Below, piece after piece: positions 31,373 to 44,998 of a stretch of DNA of 64,000 nucleotides (positions within the stretch are counted from its first letter, which is position 1; every line of letters begins with the position of its first letter). The position numbers were made by a program, and so were the translations under genes. Under the pieces are notes generated by a model that saw nothing but the letters and a program-made list of their open reading frames with translations, ran no database searches and was not told the origin of the DNA. Origin of the DNA: Octopus vulgaris (Eukaryota); NCBI GenBank assembly GCA_951406725.2, contig OX597831.1, positions 39,804,001 through 39,868,000 of the forward strand. The letters are read 5' to 3'.

Positions 31373-31949
31373 CTACATCTTTTTTTTTTCTTTTTTTCTT
31401 TTTGTATTATTTATGGAAAACTTGTAATATGAGGGTCAGAGAAATATAAAAGAATTTTCTCTGAACAAGAAAAAATTGTCTGAGAGGGCTACTTACTATA
31501 CAGTGGTAACATTAACCATTTGACCCTTTTCCTCTCCCCACCCCCATGTACTCCCCTCATCACTTATCTATCAATTTAACCTTTTCCTAAGGGCACAAAG
31601 AGAACTACTGAACCTTTCTTGGAATGCCTCTTTAATTACCTTCTGCTTTTCATAGAGGAAATTTTTATGAAAATATGAGTGGTTGTGGGGTTTGGATGAG
31701 TGTTTTGACCTTTCTGTGTTGTTTTGTTTTGTGTGTGTCTGTTTACATTGTATATTTTTGTTTCTGCAAAGAAGGTGAAGGCGTGGGTGGATGTTTGCAG
31801 AGTACTCTGACCTTTAGTCTTTTTTTAAGGGCCAGGCTCATTCATGAGTGATATCCTAATTAGCATATGTATATTGCATTTGGTGTATATGTTGGTATAT
31901 GTCACTGTGTATGTGTTTTTAAATGCATGTATATATATATGAGTTGTGG

Positions 31950-31997
<48 letters not shown>

Positions 31998-32035
31998 ATG
32001 TTCATTATATATATATATATATATATTTGTGTGTA

Positions 32036-32085
<50 letters not shown>

Positions 32086-32149
32086 TATATATACACATAT
32101 ATATATATACACACACACATTTATATATATATATATACACACACATATA

Positions 32150-32347
32150 TAGCAGAGTAAGCACATAAATGCAAAACAGGGTGGAAGAAATAGTATTCGA
32201 ATACCAGAAGTAGAGTAATATGCTTTATTAAAATGCAGCAAAATATCACAAAAACTGTTACTCAGAGTTTCACGTTCCTGTTCGTCAAACAGTTTTGTTT
32301 TAAACTCAGAGTAATAACTTTTGTGATATTTTTGCTGCTTTTTAATA
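32150..32347 (-). mobile_element. Penelope-like terminal-repeat relic with a minimal hammerhead motif and an inverted copy
   Basis: Inverted repeat 32226-32270 / 32302-32347; hammerhead fold at 32251-32296 on the minus strand. Confidence 0.6.
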
Positions 32348-32646
32348 CAATGTGTGTGTGTGTGTGTGTATATATCATCATCGTCATCATCAACGTTTAA
32401 CGTCCGCTTTCCATGCTAGCATGGGTTGGACAGTTCAACTGGGGTCTGGGGAGCCCGAAGGCTGCACCAGGCCAGTCAGATCTGGCAGTGTTTCTACAGC
32501 TGGATGCCCTTCCTAACGCCAACCACTCCATATTTGTGTGCATATATATATATATATATGTGTGTGTGTATATATATATATGTGTGTGTGTTTATATATA
32601 CAAGTATTTTGTGTGTGTATATATATATATATATATATACGATATA

Positions 32647-32678
<32 letters not shown>

Positions 32679-32880
32679 ACCCATGCAAGCATGGAAAACG
32701 GACGTTAAACGATGATGATGATCATGATATATATATATGTATAAAAATTATATATAAAAATACAAAATGGGACAAGAACGCAAAATACACAAAGAGACGA
32801 CACAAAAAACGGACAGGTCATTCGAAGCCTCTAATCTTCAGTCAGGAACCGGATCATCCTAGCAAATTTTGGCTGATTAA

Positions 32881-33171
32881 CATGAAGCTACTGTCCCCAA
32901 TGCCATGTTCTCACGGGCCCATACCTCCCACACCCTCGGGGTTCGCACTCTCAACATTGGCACACTGAAAGGTAGGTCTAGTGATATTGTTGAAATGCTT
33001 GAACGGAGATGTGTCGATATGTGCTGCATCCAAGAAGTAAGGTGGAGAGGAGGTTCTGCTATGTTCCTCACAGGCAAAGAACACAGGTACGAGATTTTCT
33101 GGGTTGGGGGAATGGGTAGATAAGGTAATTGTGGTAGTCAGAGTATGCGCCAGAATACTTAAGATTAGATT
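32881..33171 (+). pseudogene. RTE-clade LINE APE endonuclease N-terminal fragment
   Basis: TLNIGTLKGRSSDIVEMLERRCVDMCCIQEVRWRGGSA...YEIFWVG, then after a deletion WVDKVIVVVRVCARILKIRL. Confidence 0.8.
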
Positions 33172-33922
33172 GCTTGTTTATTTTATTTACATTGTTTTGA
33201 ATTAATCATGTATTTTCTCAAAGCCGTGAGACTTTGATAATCATCGTTGTCATCATTGTTTAAGGGCTATCTTCCATGCAAGCATGGGTTGAACGGTCAG
33301 ACAGAGAGAAGACTGTCCCAGGCTACTTTATCTGTTTTGGCAGAGTTTTCTTTTTTTTTTTTTTTATGATTGGATGACCACCCATAAAGACCTTGCCAAA
33401 ACAAATGTGACTGTTTATTTTCTGAAGGACATTGTAGGGTTGGTACAAGAGGTCCGGTCTGTCCCGTTTTTCCCTTGACGGCAGCACTGCTCCAGTTTGG
33501 CCGGCCAGCCAACCATTGACTGAAACCATTAATTTGATTTTTAACCAGTTGGGAATCAGAGAATTCATAGCTTTTATGAATTATATTCTCTCCTGCAAGA
33601 ATCAACAAATCTGTTTCCCAGTCAAATATTGGAAGCAGTCTCGGTGGCATTGAAGGTTCCGTCTCTGAACCCTCAGCGTGGGATTTGAAACGAGGAGTTC
33701 TAAAACATTTGCAGGTTTTTTTGTTTTTTTTTATGAGGGGAAACTTCCAGTGGATAAAACATCATGAAAACGTGGATAAATTAAACTTGCTCACTTCCTG
33801 TTTTGTGATATTTACCAAACATCAGATACTATAGTGAGAGAGAAGAGAGATTGATAGAGGGAGGGATGGAGAGATAGAGAGAAGTACATATAAACTGGTT
33901 GTGCTTGAGAGAAAGCATATAT

Positions 33923-33961
<39 letters not shown>

Positions 33962-34075
33962 TACACATATATATATGTATATGTATATATATATGTATGT
34001 ATATTTATGTGTATGTATATATATGTGTATATGTATATATGTATGTATATGTATGTATATGTGTATATATATATG

Positions 34076-34113
<38 letters not shown>

Positions 34114-35076
34114 TATGTATATGTATACCAATACATACATACATAGACTGTTAGTGTTTGAGTGAGAGAGAGAGAGATATACACAAGCCAATTGCATTTG
34201 AGAGAAAGAGAGTGCTTGTGTTTAAGACACACATTTTTATTGGTGAAGACACGCTATATTCGAAACACACACGTGGATGCACTCGCTTTTGTTGTCCAAA
34301 ACACATACATCCAATGCGTTTCAAAGACACACGAGCTTGTTCAAGGTGCACATGTGTGCATTCTATTGTTGCTTAACTCTTTTATGCTGTAACGTGTTTC
34401 AATTGTGAGTCTGTGATCATACTGTTACACTTCCTCAAAGGAATCTAATCAATTATATGAAACCACAGTGCCTGATCTGCAACTACTTCCTTATTTTTAT
34501 CTCCGTCAGAAAGATAAAAGGCTATGATATCCGATGTGGAATTTGAACTCAGAGCCTAAAGTAGTGTTGCCGTAAACCACAAAGTACTTTGCGTGACATT
34601 CCACCCACAATCCTGCCACCCCCAATCTTGCCATCCACCCAGTATCTTAGTTAATGCAACAGTTTCCGGACTAGTGTGCAAGATGTATCTCAGTTAATGC
34701 AACAGTTCCCGGACTTGTTCTGTATTATTTTAGAATGATATTATGAGGTAGATGTGAAGGGCCAAATTTGGTTAGTTTGAATAAAAGACGAATGGAATGT
34801 TTGGGCTAGATATGGCCAGTTTAAATGCTAAAGAGTTAATAGCATTTTTGCCTCTTCTCTTTCAGAAAGCAATGCACTAGGGCCTGGAGTATTTGAGTGA
34901 CAGCAAGCCACAGCTTACATAGATTAATATCTGGTCCCTAGACCTATGGCAGAATCCGGGCAACTTGTCAAGTGTGCTCATGGATTCAGATTGTACTGCT
35001 TCCATCAAACTTGGCCTTCTTGGTATTTGAAGATAGCATGCAGAGTGGTGGAAGAAATGCCATACAATAATAAGAT

Positions 35077-35497
35077 AAGGTGGCGAGCTGGCAGGAATGT
35101 TAGCATGCCGGACGAAATGCTTAGCGGTATTTCGTCTGCGTTACGTTGTGAGTTCAAATTCCGCCGAGGTCGACTTTGCCTTTCATCCTTTCGGGGTCGA
35201 TAAATTAAGTACCAGTTACGCACTGGGGTCGATGTAATCGACTTAATACCTATGTCTGTCCTTGTTTGTCCCCTCTGTGTTTAGCCCCTTGTGGGTAATA
35301 AAGAAATAGGTATTTCGTCTGCCGCTACGTTCGGAGTTCAAATTCCGCCGAGGTCGACTTTGCTTTTCATCCTTTCGGGGTCGATTAAATAAGTATCAGT
35401 TACACACTGAGGTGATATAATCGACTTAATCCCTTTTTCTGTCCTCGTTTGTCCCCTCTATGTTTAACCCCCTTGTGGGCAATAAAGAAGTAATAAG
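35077..35497 (+). mobile_element. SINE family C (Meta-domain-like), internally duplicated copy with little divergence
   Basis: AGGTGGCGAGCTGGCAG head, B box GAGTTCAAATTCC; body repeated from about 35309. Confidence 0.85.
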
Positions 35498-36230
35498 ATA
35501 GTTTCTGCCAAGTCATTGTCTATATTATAGGCATGAAAATTGGTTCGCTGCTCTCAGAATTCTCTGAGAATGGGAAGGACCGGTTTGTCCCGTACTTGCT
35601 AAAATATTTGAGAAAATACTTTGCGATTGCTAGTTAAGGTATTTTCACTTTCTGATTTCAAGAACTGCCTAGGTGGAATTTTGGCTTTCATCCTACCGGC
35701 GTTATATCAAATATAAAGTATCTGCTAAGCACCGGGTCGATTTATTTAATCGACTCTTACTCACCCTTAAAATTTGTGGTCTTGGCCTCCAGTGTGTTTG
35801 TGTGTGGTGTTAGAAATCAGTGGCTGTTTGCGTAATGGCAGAGATAACCCAGATAAGGGGCCCGTTTAACCAGCCATAACAGAGAGAGAGAAAGAAAAGC
35901 AGGGAGAGAAACTGAGATTGAGATCATAGAAAAAGCATCTTAATGCATTATGACCTGTAATAAATGCTGTGGCTTTTCCCAACTGTAATAAAAGCTATCT
36001 TAATATGGCTTTTATTACAGTTGGGAAGGCATGAGTGTCACAGTAGATCAGTAGAAGATACGCCGTTGCGGTTGTTTATCGATAGGCTGTCATTTGTATT
36101 TGCTATGTGTATTGTAATGTGTGTGTGGTGTGTGTGTGTGTATATATTATATAATATATATGTATAAGTAGATGGATACATAGATATGTACATGTGTGTG
36201 TATATATATGTATATACGTATAAAAAGATG

Positions 36231-36272
<42 letters not shown>

Positions 36273-36336
36273 TGAATAGATGGCTATATAGATATGTATA
36301 TTTGTATGTATAAATAGATATGGATTTAGACGCATG

Positions 36337-36380
<44 letters not shown>

Positions 36381-36383
36381 TAA

Positions 36384-36425
<42 letters not shown>

Positions 36426-37057
36426 TTTTTATGTGCGAGGCAGTTTAAATAAGCAGAAGTGTGTTTGTACTTGTATTTTAAGGTGTTTTTTTTTTCATCA
36501 GAAAAACTGCGTTTATCTGTGTGTGTGTGTGTGTGCAAGTGTAAGCATTGCATGATCCACATTGCAACCGGTATATATACCATTGATGGATGTATGGAAG
36601 TTGCAATGTTCCAACAGATCTTAATCAGATAGCTCGATTTACTTTAATGGCTTTCTTCTTTTTTCTTCTTTCTTCGTTTTTTTTTTATTGGTTTTTCTTT
36701 GTTCTTCTGTGGAGAGATATCGGTCAACGAAAACACTTTTGTGCTATGGAGCATTTAGTTAATATAAACAGGAAAGAGACAGATTCGGACTCTCTCTCTC
36801 TCTCTCTCCCTCTCTCTCTCTCTCTTCGTGTGTGTGTGTTTATACATTGATACACATATACACATATATAACACTATTGACAACAAGTATGGCCCAGTAT
36901 CTTTGTGTGTATATGTATATGTGTGTGCATGTATGTATATATATATGTGTGTGTGTGTATGTTTGTATGTGTACATATGTATATATGTATGTATATCTAT
37001 CTATATATATGTATGTATATATGTGTATGTATGTATGTATATGTGCATGCATGTATG

Positions 37058-37094
<37 letters not shown>

Positions 37095-37109
37095 CTTCAT
37101 ATATATCTT

Positions 37110-37400
37110 CCGAACGTGGCCGATGCCAGCGCCACCTTGACTGGCTTCTGTGCCGGTGGCAGGTAAAAAGCACTAACCAATTGTGGCCGCTGCCAGCCTC
37201 CCCTGGCACCTGTGCCGGTGGCATGTAAAAAGCACCCACTACACTCACGGAGTGGTTGGCGTTAGGAAGGGCATCCAGCTGTAGAAACACTGCCAGATCA
37301 GACTGGAGCCTGGTGCAGCCTCCTGGCTTCCCGGATCCCTGTCAAACTGTCCAACCCGTGCTAGCACGGAAAACGGACGTTAAACGATGATGATGATGAT
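37110..37400 (+). mobile_element. RTE-LINE 3' end
   Basis: Two GTGCCGGTGGCA..TAAAAAGCAC units, GGCGTTAGGAAGGGCATCC, (GAT)n tail. Confidence 0.8.
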
Positions 37401-37419
37401 AAATATATGAATATATATA

Positions 37420-37844
37420 CTCTCTTTACTTGTTTCAGTCATTTGACTGTGGCCATGCTGGAGTACCGCCTTTAGTCGAGCAAATCGATCACAGAACTTA
37501 TTCTTTGTAAGCCTAGTACTTATTCTATCGGTCTCTTTTGCTGAACTGCTAAGTTACGGGGGCGTAAACACACCAGCATCGGTTGTCAAGCGATGTTGGG
37601 GGGACAAACACAGACACACACACACACACACACATGTATATATATATATATATATACACACACATGTATATACATATATATGATGGGCTTCTTTCAGTTT
37701 CCGTCAACCAAACCCATTCACAAGGCTTTGGTTGGCCTGAGGCTGTAGTAGAAGACACTTACCCTAGGTGCCACGCAGTGAGACTGATCCCCGAACAATG
37801 TGGTTGGTAAGCAAGCTACTTACCACACAACCACTCCTGCGCCT
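37420..37844 (-). mobile_element. SINE family A, full length
   Basis: Collinear with the other copies; TA repeats at both ends. Confidence 0.9.
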
Positions 37845-37853
37845 ATATATATG

Positions 37854-37910
<57 letters not shown>

Positions 37911-38445
37911 GCTGATCAAAAGTTCCAAGTTGCTGTTGATACCATTCTTGTTGAGGAATAATAAATTTGTAGTTTACCAAAAGTTTTCTAAAATTGTTTT
38001 CATCATTAGTACTGATGCTATGGAGAAAGGTATCTAGTACACTCTGTAAAGTGGTTGGCATTATTAAGCGCATCTAGCTATTGAATCCATTTCAAAGTAG
38101 ACATGGGAGTGTGATTTGTAGGATCCTGTGAAATCATCTAATCTATGCCAGTATAGATGGACATTTAAAAGATGATGTTTTGATAATATGCCTCTGTGTG
38201 TGTGTGTGTGTTTTCATTCCCTTGTCTTGATATTGTGTGATGGTGGCACATGAGTGTTGTTCATTTTCAGTTCTTTGTGAAGAACTTGTTTGGCCATGTG
38301 GAAATATTATTTGGCTTCGAAACTGGTGAGGGTGAGTGACAGTAAGAGCATCTGGCTGTAAAAAAAAGAAACAGTTGGCTTTAATAAATTCAGTCTGATC
38401 CGTGCTATCATGGGAAAGTTGAAGTGAAGGTGATGATGGTAGACT

Positions 38446-38485
<40 letters not shown>

Positions 38486-39823
38486 TACATACACACAGGT
38501 TATGTAGGTATGCAAATTCAGACATTTTCCATTTTTTTTTTAAACTGTCTTCTATTATTAACTTAATGGCTGTTTATTAACTTAGCAGTTAAGCTGCTTC
38601 AGTCAGTTTTAAATACAACACCGCCTGTACTTATACCACGTTAAACCACACTATATACTCGCATGTGGCGGCTCACCTACCACTCTACGTGTGCACGCAT
38701 CTCTGCATTTAATTTAAATCTGACAGCAGTTCTCTCAGGAGCATGGAAAGCTAATCCCGATCAAGCTCCATTTTTCTTCTTTGTTTTCGCTTCTTTTTTT
38801 TTTTTTTTTTTTTTGTGTTTTCTTTACTGTTGCAGTCGACAACAGAACAGTTTTCTTATGGCTGCATTTCATCAATGATTGAAATCTTCTGTTCTCATTG
38901 TTCAGTGTGTGTGAGGCTGCTTAAGAAATTTTATTTCTGGGAAAGATTCCTGAGAACATGTGTGCGTGATCTTTCAGAGAAACTTAAACCGATTGGATGA
39001 AGCAATCGGCTTGTTTTTTTGTATGTGTATGTATGTGTTTGTGCGTGCGTGCGTGTGTTTGTGTGTATTTGCTGCGTTATGCTGGATAGCTGCTTGCTTG
39101 TCTGCTGGTTTTTACTTGAGTTATTCAAATATAGATAAATACAATCCGGAAGATTTTATTTTTTTTTAAAAAATCAGTAAAAATACTGGTAAAAATACAA
39201 TAGCAAAAAATGGTTTATAACAACAATTTGTGTGAAAAAACTGAAAATAGCACCCCTTATACTTCAAAAACAACGAAAACAACTAAAGTATGAGAGAGTG
39301 AAAAAAATTCCAAATATTAGGTTTGCATTTACTTTTATATTTAATGCTTACCATTCTTGTTCTCCACTTTGTTATTATTACTTTCATTTTTGACACATTT
39401 TCTTCCATTTGAGATAATACTGGATATTTTTATAGACATCTAGCTGAAATAGGTAATGCGTGTTTACACATACAGCTAGGCATGTACGTATGCGTACACA
39501 CGTACATACGCTCTCATGCACACATACCATTCACATACAAAGATTTGCATAAACAGATGCGAGCACTAACGAATGTGCACGCCTTGTATACATCATACAC
39601 CTACACAGACACCTGTGTGCACAGATGCAAGAACACACTTAAAAAGCCATATATACAGATGCAAACACTCAACCATAACGTGCACACACACACACACACA
39701 CATTTGCAGATGCATATAAATATATATATATTTACACATGCATATATGTATATATACTTGTATATGTATATATATATTTGTCTGTTCATACATATACAGT
39801 CTTATTCACATCCAAATATCCCT

Positions 39824-39879
<56 letters not shown>

Positions 39880-39939
39880 CATACACATTTAGTATGTGTG
39901 CATCAGAGTGTGTATGTGTTCACACACAGACAAGCATAT

Positions 39940-39970
<31 letters not shown>

Positions 39971-40059
39971 TTATCAATAAATGAATAACAACAATAAGGC
40001 ACATATAGAATTATAAATGTGTGTGTATAGAAATGTACATCTATGTGTATGCACATGTG

Positions 40060-40212
40060 TGGGTGTGGGAGTGTGGTAAGAAGCTTGCTTTCCACCTATA
40101 TAATTTCAGGTTCCGTCCCACTGAGTGGCACCTTGGGTAAGTCTCTACTACTTAGCTTCAGGCTAACCTTGTGGATGGATATGGTTGATGGAAACTGAAA
40201 GAAGCCCTTTGT

Positions 40213-40246
<34 letters not shown>

Positions 40247-40465
40247 GTGGGTGGGTGGGGGTTGCATTCATCCCCCTCCATCAGTTGATAACCAGTGTTG
40301 GTGTGTTTACGACCCCTGTGACTTAACAGTGCAGCAAAAGAGACCGATAGAATAAGTGCCAGGCTTTAAAAAAACAGAATAGTAATGGGGTCCATTCATT
40401 TGACTAAATATTCTTCAGGGGCAGTGTCCCAGCATAATCTCAGTCTAATCCTTGAAACCAAGTAG
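40060..40465 (+). mobile_element. SINE family A, diverged
   Basis: Head, internal microsatellite and tail are recognisable. Confidence 0.75.
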
Positions 40466-40495
40466 ATGGTAAATGTGTGTGTATGTATATATGTT

Positions 40496-40544
<49 letters not shown>

Positions 40545-40549
<5 letters not shown>

Positions 40550-40929
40550 AAATCGATCAATGGAAATTGCAGATGTGTTACCAGTGCCGGTGGCATGTAA
40601 GAGAACTTTCCGTTTCGCGACCGTTGCCAGCACCGCCCCGTTTCGTGTCCGTTGCCAGCCTCGCCTGGCCCTCGTGCCGGTGGCACATAAAAAGCACCAT
40701 CCGTTCGTGGCCGTTTGCCAGCTCTGTCTGGCACCAGTGCGGGTGGCACGTAAAAAGCACCCACTACACTCACGGAGTGGTTGGCGTTAGGAAGGGCATC
40801 CAGCCGTAGAAACACTGCCAGATTTGACTGGGCCTGATGAAGCCTTCTGGCTTCACAGACCCCGGTAGAACCGTCCAACCCATGCTAGCATGGAAAACGG
40901 ATGCTAAATGATGATGATGATGATGATGA
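40545..40929 (+). mobile_element. RTE-LINE 3' end with three tandem units
   Basis: Same motifs as 37110-37400. Confidence 0.8.
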
Positions 40930-42355
40930 CACACACACATTTTACTGAGAGAAGTGAAAGATGTAAGATACAAGAACCTTTATTGATCATTACAGTTATT
41001 TCGACCCATCTAGCATTGATCTCTCGTGGGTGGGATTTTGAACATTTTCCATTTCTTTCATTGATCAATTACCCAACAAACACTGAGCCAGTGAACATAC
41101 CAAGTGTATCGCATACAGTTTATTTACTAATATATAATAATAATGATAATAGTAATAGTAAAGGAGAATAGTCGGAAATCAAAACCAATTTTTGCTCCAA
41201 AATTTGGGGTTTGAAAACTGGAGAAATTGATCCAGTTTATGTTAGATTATATTGCCATCATTCATTAGGTTTTTATATATATGCCAAATCCACTCGCAAG
41301 GCTTTGGTGAGCTCAAGGCTATAGTAGAATTCACTTGCCCAAGGTGCCATGCAGTAGGACTGAACCCGGAACCATGTACAATCGTTTCATGCTGCTTCAT
41401 TTTATTAAACACTGAAATGAAGTAGCATGAAACAATTGTACTACACTACCTTGGATATCCTTGTTGCTTATTTTGATTATAATCACCCCATTTGATTTAT
41501 ATGGATAATACCATAGAAAATTCTGGTGTCTTTAACTTAAGTACCATATTCATCAGAATCTAAATTTTGCTGAACTCATATATATATACATATTTCTTGA
41601 TGGAATTTTTTTCTGTAGAGAGAAAAAGAACTTCATCCTATATTAGTAGTAGACTTATGTATATATATCTAATATAGCGGCATTTTCAAACTTCATTTTT
41701 TACAAATATATACCCACTCGTAGACGAGCTACCCTTATTATAAATATATATATATATATATATCGTCATTTAACATCTGCCTTCCAGGCTGACGTGGGTG
41801 TGTTCGGTTTGACAGGTGCTGGCCAGGCAAAAGCCTGCACTTGACTTTTGTATCTGTTTTGGCAGAGTTTTTACAACTGGATGCCCTTCCTAACACCAAC
41901 CATCCAGCAGAGGTGAGGTCAGTTTTGTCATCGATAGAGAGATGTATGTATAAGTATATACAATTACATCATTGAAATCTTAAATCTAAAAGTTAAGGCA
42001 TTAATTCAAAACAGTGTGAATGTATAAGCGTCACATATGAGTGTTAAATAGTTAAATCCTGAACTGAGCCTTGTGCACCAGGACTAGTGAGGTGACTTAG
42101 AAGCTTGAATGTCAAAACACCTCAACTGAGTTATGGGGGCCAGTGAAAACAGGATAGAGGGACAGGAACTTGTTAAAGAAAAATACATAATAGATAATAG
42201 AAAATATCACTCCTACTTAAATATAATTCTAATTTTAAGGGCTTTGAGGTTTTTCATTTCTCTGCCTATTTCTCTTCATTCCATTTCTCCACTGTTAAGA
42301 AAATTGATTGTATGTAATTCCTAAAGGTTTTAAGTGAACATTGACCAACTTGATG

Positions 42356-42419
42356 CCAAGTTATGTTGTACTGAGGAGTTCATAAAAAGGGTGAAATAGT
42401 GCTAGCTACCACTACTTGG
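42356..42419 (+). ncRNA. Degenerate extended type I hammerhead ribozyme motif
   Basis: CCAAGT..GTA CTGAGGA GTTC-ATAAAAA-GGGT GAAA TAG-TG-CTA GC TAC..ACTTGG. Confidence 0.45.
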
Positions 42420-44998
42420 ACGCTTATAAAGGTAAAAAAAACAAAACAAATTTCACCTTCACCTTGACTTATGACTAAGCTCCTTTCCGACTGACGTGTC
42501 ATAAGTCAATCTGGTCGTATGTCGAATTCATATTTTTCAACACTATTTTCATTCAAACAGGTTATAAAAATACAGTTTAAATCAATAGCTTCCCTTGACT
42601 TCTTACCTGGTGCACCTGTAGATGAAAGCTTCTTTCTTTTACCTGTCAATTTAGGGGTATTTCAGATGCAGTTGTTACAAATCCACTTGGAACTGATGCT
42701 TGAAAGTGACTGAGTGGGAGACAATGGCAGGTCGTGGGATGCCTGTGTTACCAGATGCCGCCATAGTTATTGTACATGCAACTGCCCAATGTCTGAAAAT
42801 TGATTATTTATATATTTTTTTGTGGTTGTAAGTTGAGGGGAAGGTGTGTATGGAAATATTATCTCATATCTCACTCATGTGAGAAAGACCTCTTGTAATA
42901 GTGATGATAATAATAATAATAATAATAATAATATAGAAAAAGGAAAAGCTATAGATCTTGAAGTGGGTCTCTACCCTCAAAGGGGATCTTCACCCTCTCT
43001 TCTATTTCTTAGTAAACTCTCTCTCTCTGTCTCTGTCTCTCTATGTATCTCTCTCTCAAAACAATTGTAGATGGCAGCACTAACAGTTTCCACTGTAAAA
43101 ATTTCTCCAAAGCTTTCTGAGTTGGAAAGAGAAAGATGTTGTGTTATAGAGAATTAATGATGCTATTGAGGACCAAATGGAATTTAAGTGCTCAATTATG
43201 TTTTTCCAATAAAGCTAATGTTGTCCAATGAAATCTCAAAGTTGTATTCCAACTCTACACCCCCACCCACTTCTTATCAGGTCGATGATAAAACACTAAC
43301 AAAGTAGACAGTGTTTTTTTTTGTTTTTTTTTTTTTGTTCCAGTATTCTTTTAGAATGTGGTTTGTGCTTACATAAGTGTAATTAAACAAGATGACTAAA
43401 TCTCGAGTTATCTGAATAGGACAATTGGTAAACTCTTCTAAATGCTTTTTATTTCCCTGTGAACCAGTTCGATCAGATAAGAAGATATTTTATGCAAAGC
43501 AATGATAAATGTAATCAGCTAATGTAATGAGCTCTTCTGATATTCTTTGTGTTTTTTTCTTTTTTGGAGAATTTTTTGCCTTTTTTTCTGTTTGTTTATT
43601 CTTTTACCTGTCCTGCAAGTTATTTAGCAGCTCCACTGGTGTTGGTGCCACATAAAAAGCACCAATGCTGTTGTTGTATTAAAAGCGCCCAGTACACTCT
43701 GTAAAGTAGTTGGCATTAGGAAGGGCATCTGGCCACAGAAACCCAGTCAACATGGGAGGCAGATGTTAAATGATGATGGTGATGATGATCACCATCATCA
43801 TTGACTGTGGCCGTGCTTTCAGTTTCTGTCTACCAAATCTACTCATGGGGCTTTGATCAGCCAGAGGCTATAGTAGAAGACGCTTGCCCAAGGTGCCACA
43901 CAGTGGGACTGAACCTGGAACTATGTGGTTGGGAAGCAAGCTTCTTACTGCACAACCACATCTGCACCTATCTGGAAAATATCAGAGATAACAAGGGACA
44001 GAAACTTCTGATGATTTGCCATGTTTGAGAAGACACATTAAGCTGAGTACAACCATGGCCATCCATCCATACATACAGGCTTGTCCTTTACAGGCCATGC
44101 ACTCCATCACATATAAACAATCTGTCCTCTATGACACCCCACCCCAACCCATCTTCCCACAACCCTCCCAACACCCTCTCATGATTACCACCCACTGTAG
44201 GCTTCTCCACATAATCCCCATGCTCTCATGTTTATACCATACACTCCTTGTCTCAGTCACTCAAATGGTCTATTACAGTCACCCTTCCCCATTTCACATA
44301 GTCAATTACAGTCACCTTATCCCCATCTCAAGACAACCCCTCCTCACATTCTTAGGGAATATCCCCACCTCTATCCCTCTCTGTACCACTTATACTCTCC
44401 CCACCCCATTGTTCCCTGAGGTTAGCCCCTCCCCTAACATTTCCAATGCAATCTATTTGTCTGTCTGTCTCCCTCACAATTTCTGCCTTTTCCTACTGAA
44501 GTAGCCGAGTATCTCTGCTATAGTAAGACACCTTTCTCTAATCCTCTATCATACTCTAAACCTCTCATCTGGCACACAGTCACTTCCCACAGTTCCACTC
44601 TTTCTCTCAGCTGAGGGGTCCTTGTCCTGCAAGTTATTTAGCAGCTCCACTGGTGTTGGTGCCATGTAAAAAGCACCAATGCTGTTGTTGCATTAAAAGC
44701 GCCCAGTACACTCTGTAAAATAGTTGGCATTAGGAAGGGCATCTGGCCACAGAAACCCAGTCAACATGGGAGGCAGATGTTAAATGATGATGGTGATGAT
44801 GATCACCATCATCATTGTCATCACCATGTTTATTGTCCATTTTGCCATGCTTATATAAGTCAGTCAAAATTTATTGAGGCAGATTTTATATTGTCAGATG
44901 CTCCTCTTGTCACAAACCCTTACCTCTTTCCAAGCAAGGTAATACTTTCCCATGGGCAGACATGTTTTTTTGCAGAATATTGGGAATGAATGACATTT

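Noticed and set aside
32800-32880. CTGAAGA on the minus strand in a repeat-like segment
   Set aside because: Could not build stem II, GAAA and the UH site
34845-34930. Acceptor-like TTTCAG as a coding exon start
   Set aside because: Stops in all three frames within about 35 nt and no good donor
38495-39335. Possible non-autonomous DNA transposon with degenerate TIRs
   Set aside because: Terminal similarity too weak to support boundaries or a class by eye
40830-40860. CTGATGA resembling a hammerhead core
   Set aside because: Point variant of the RTE repeat sequence CCTGGTGCAGCC; no stem II-GAAA arrangement
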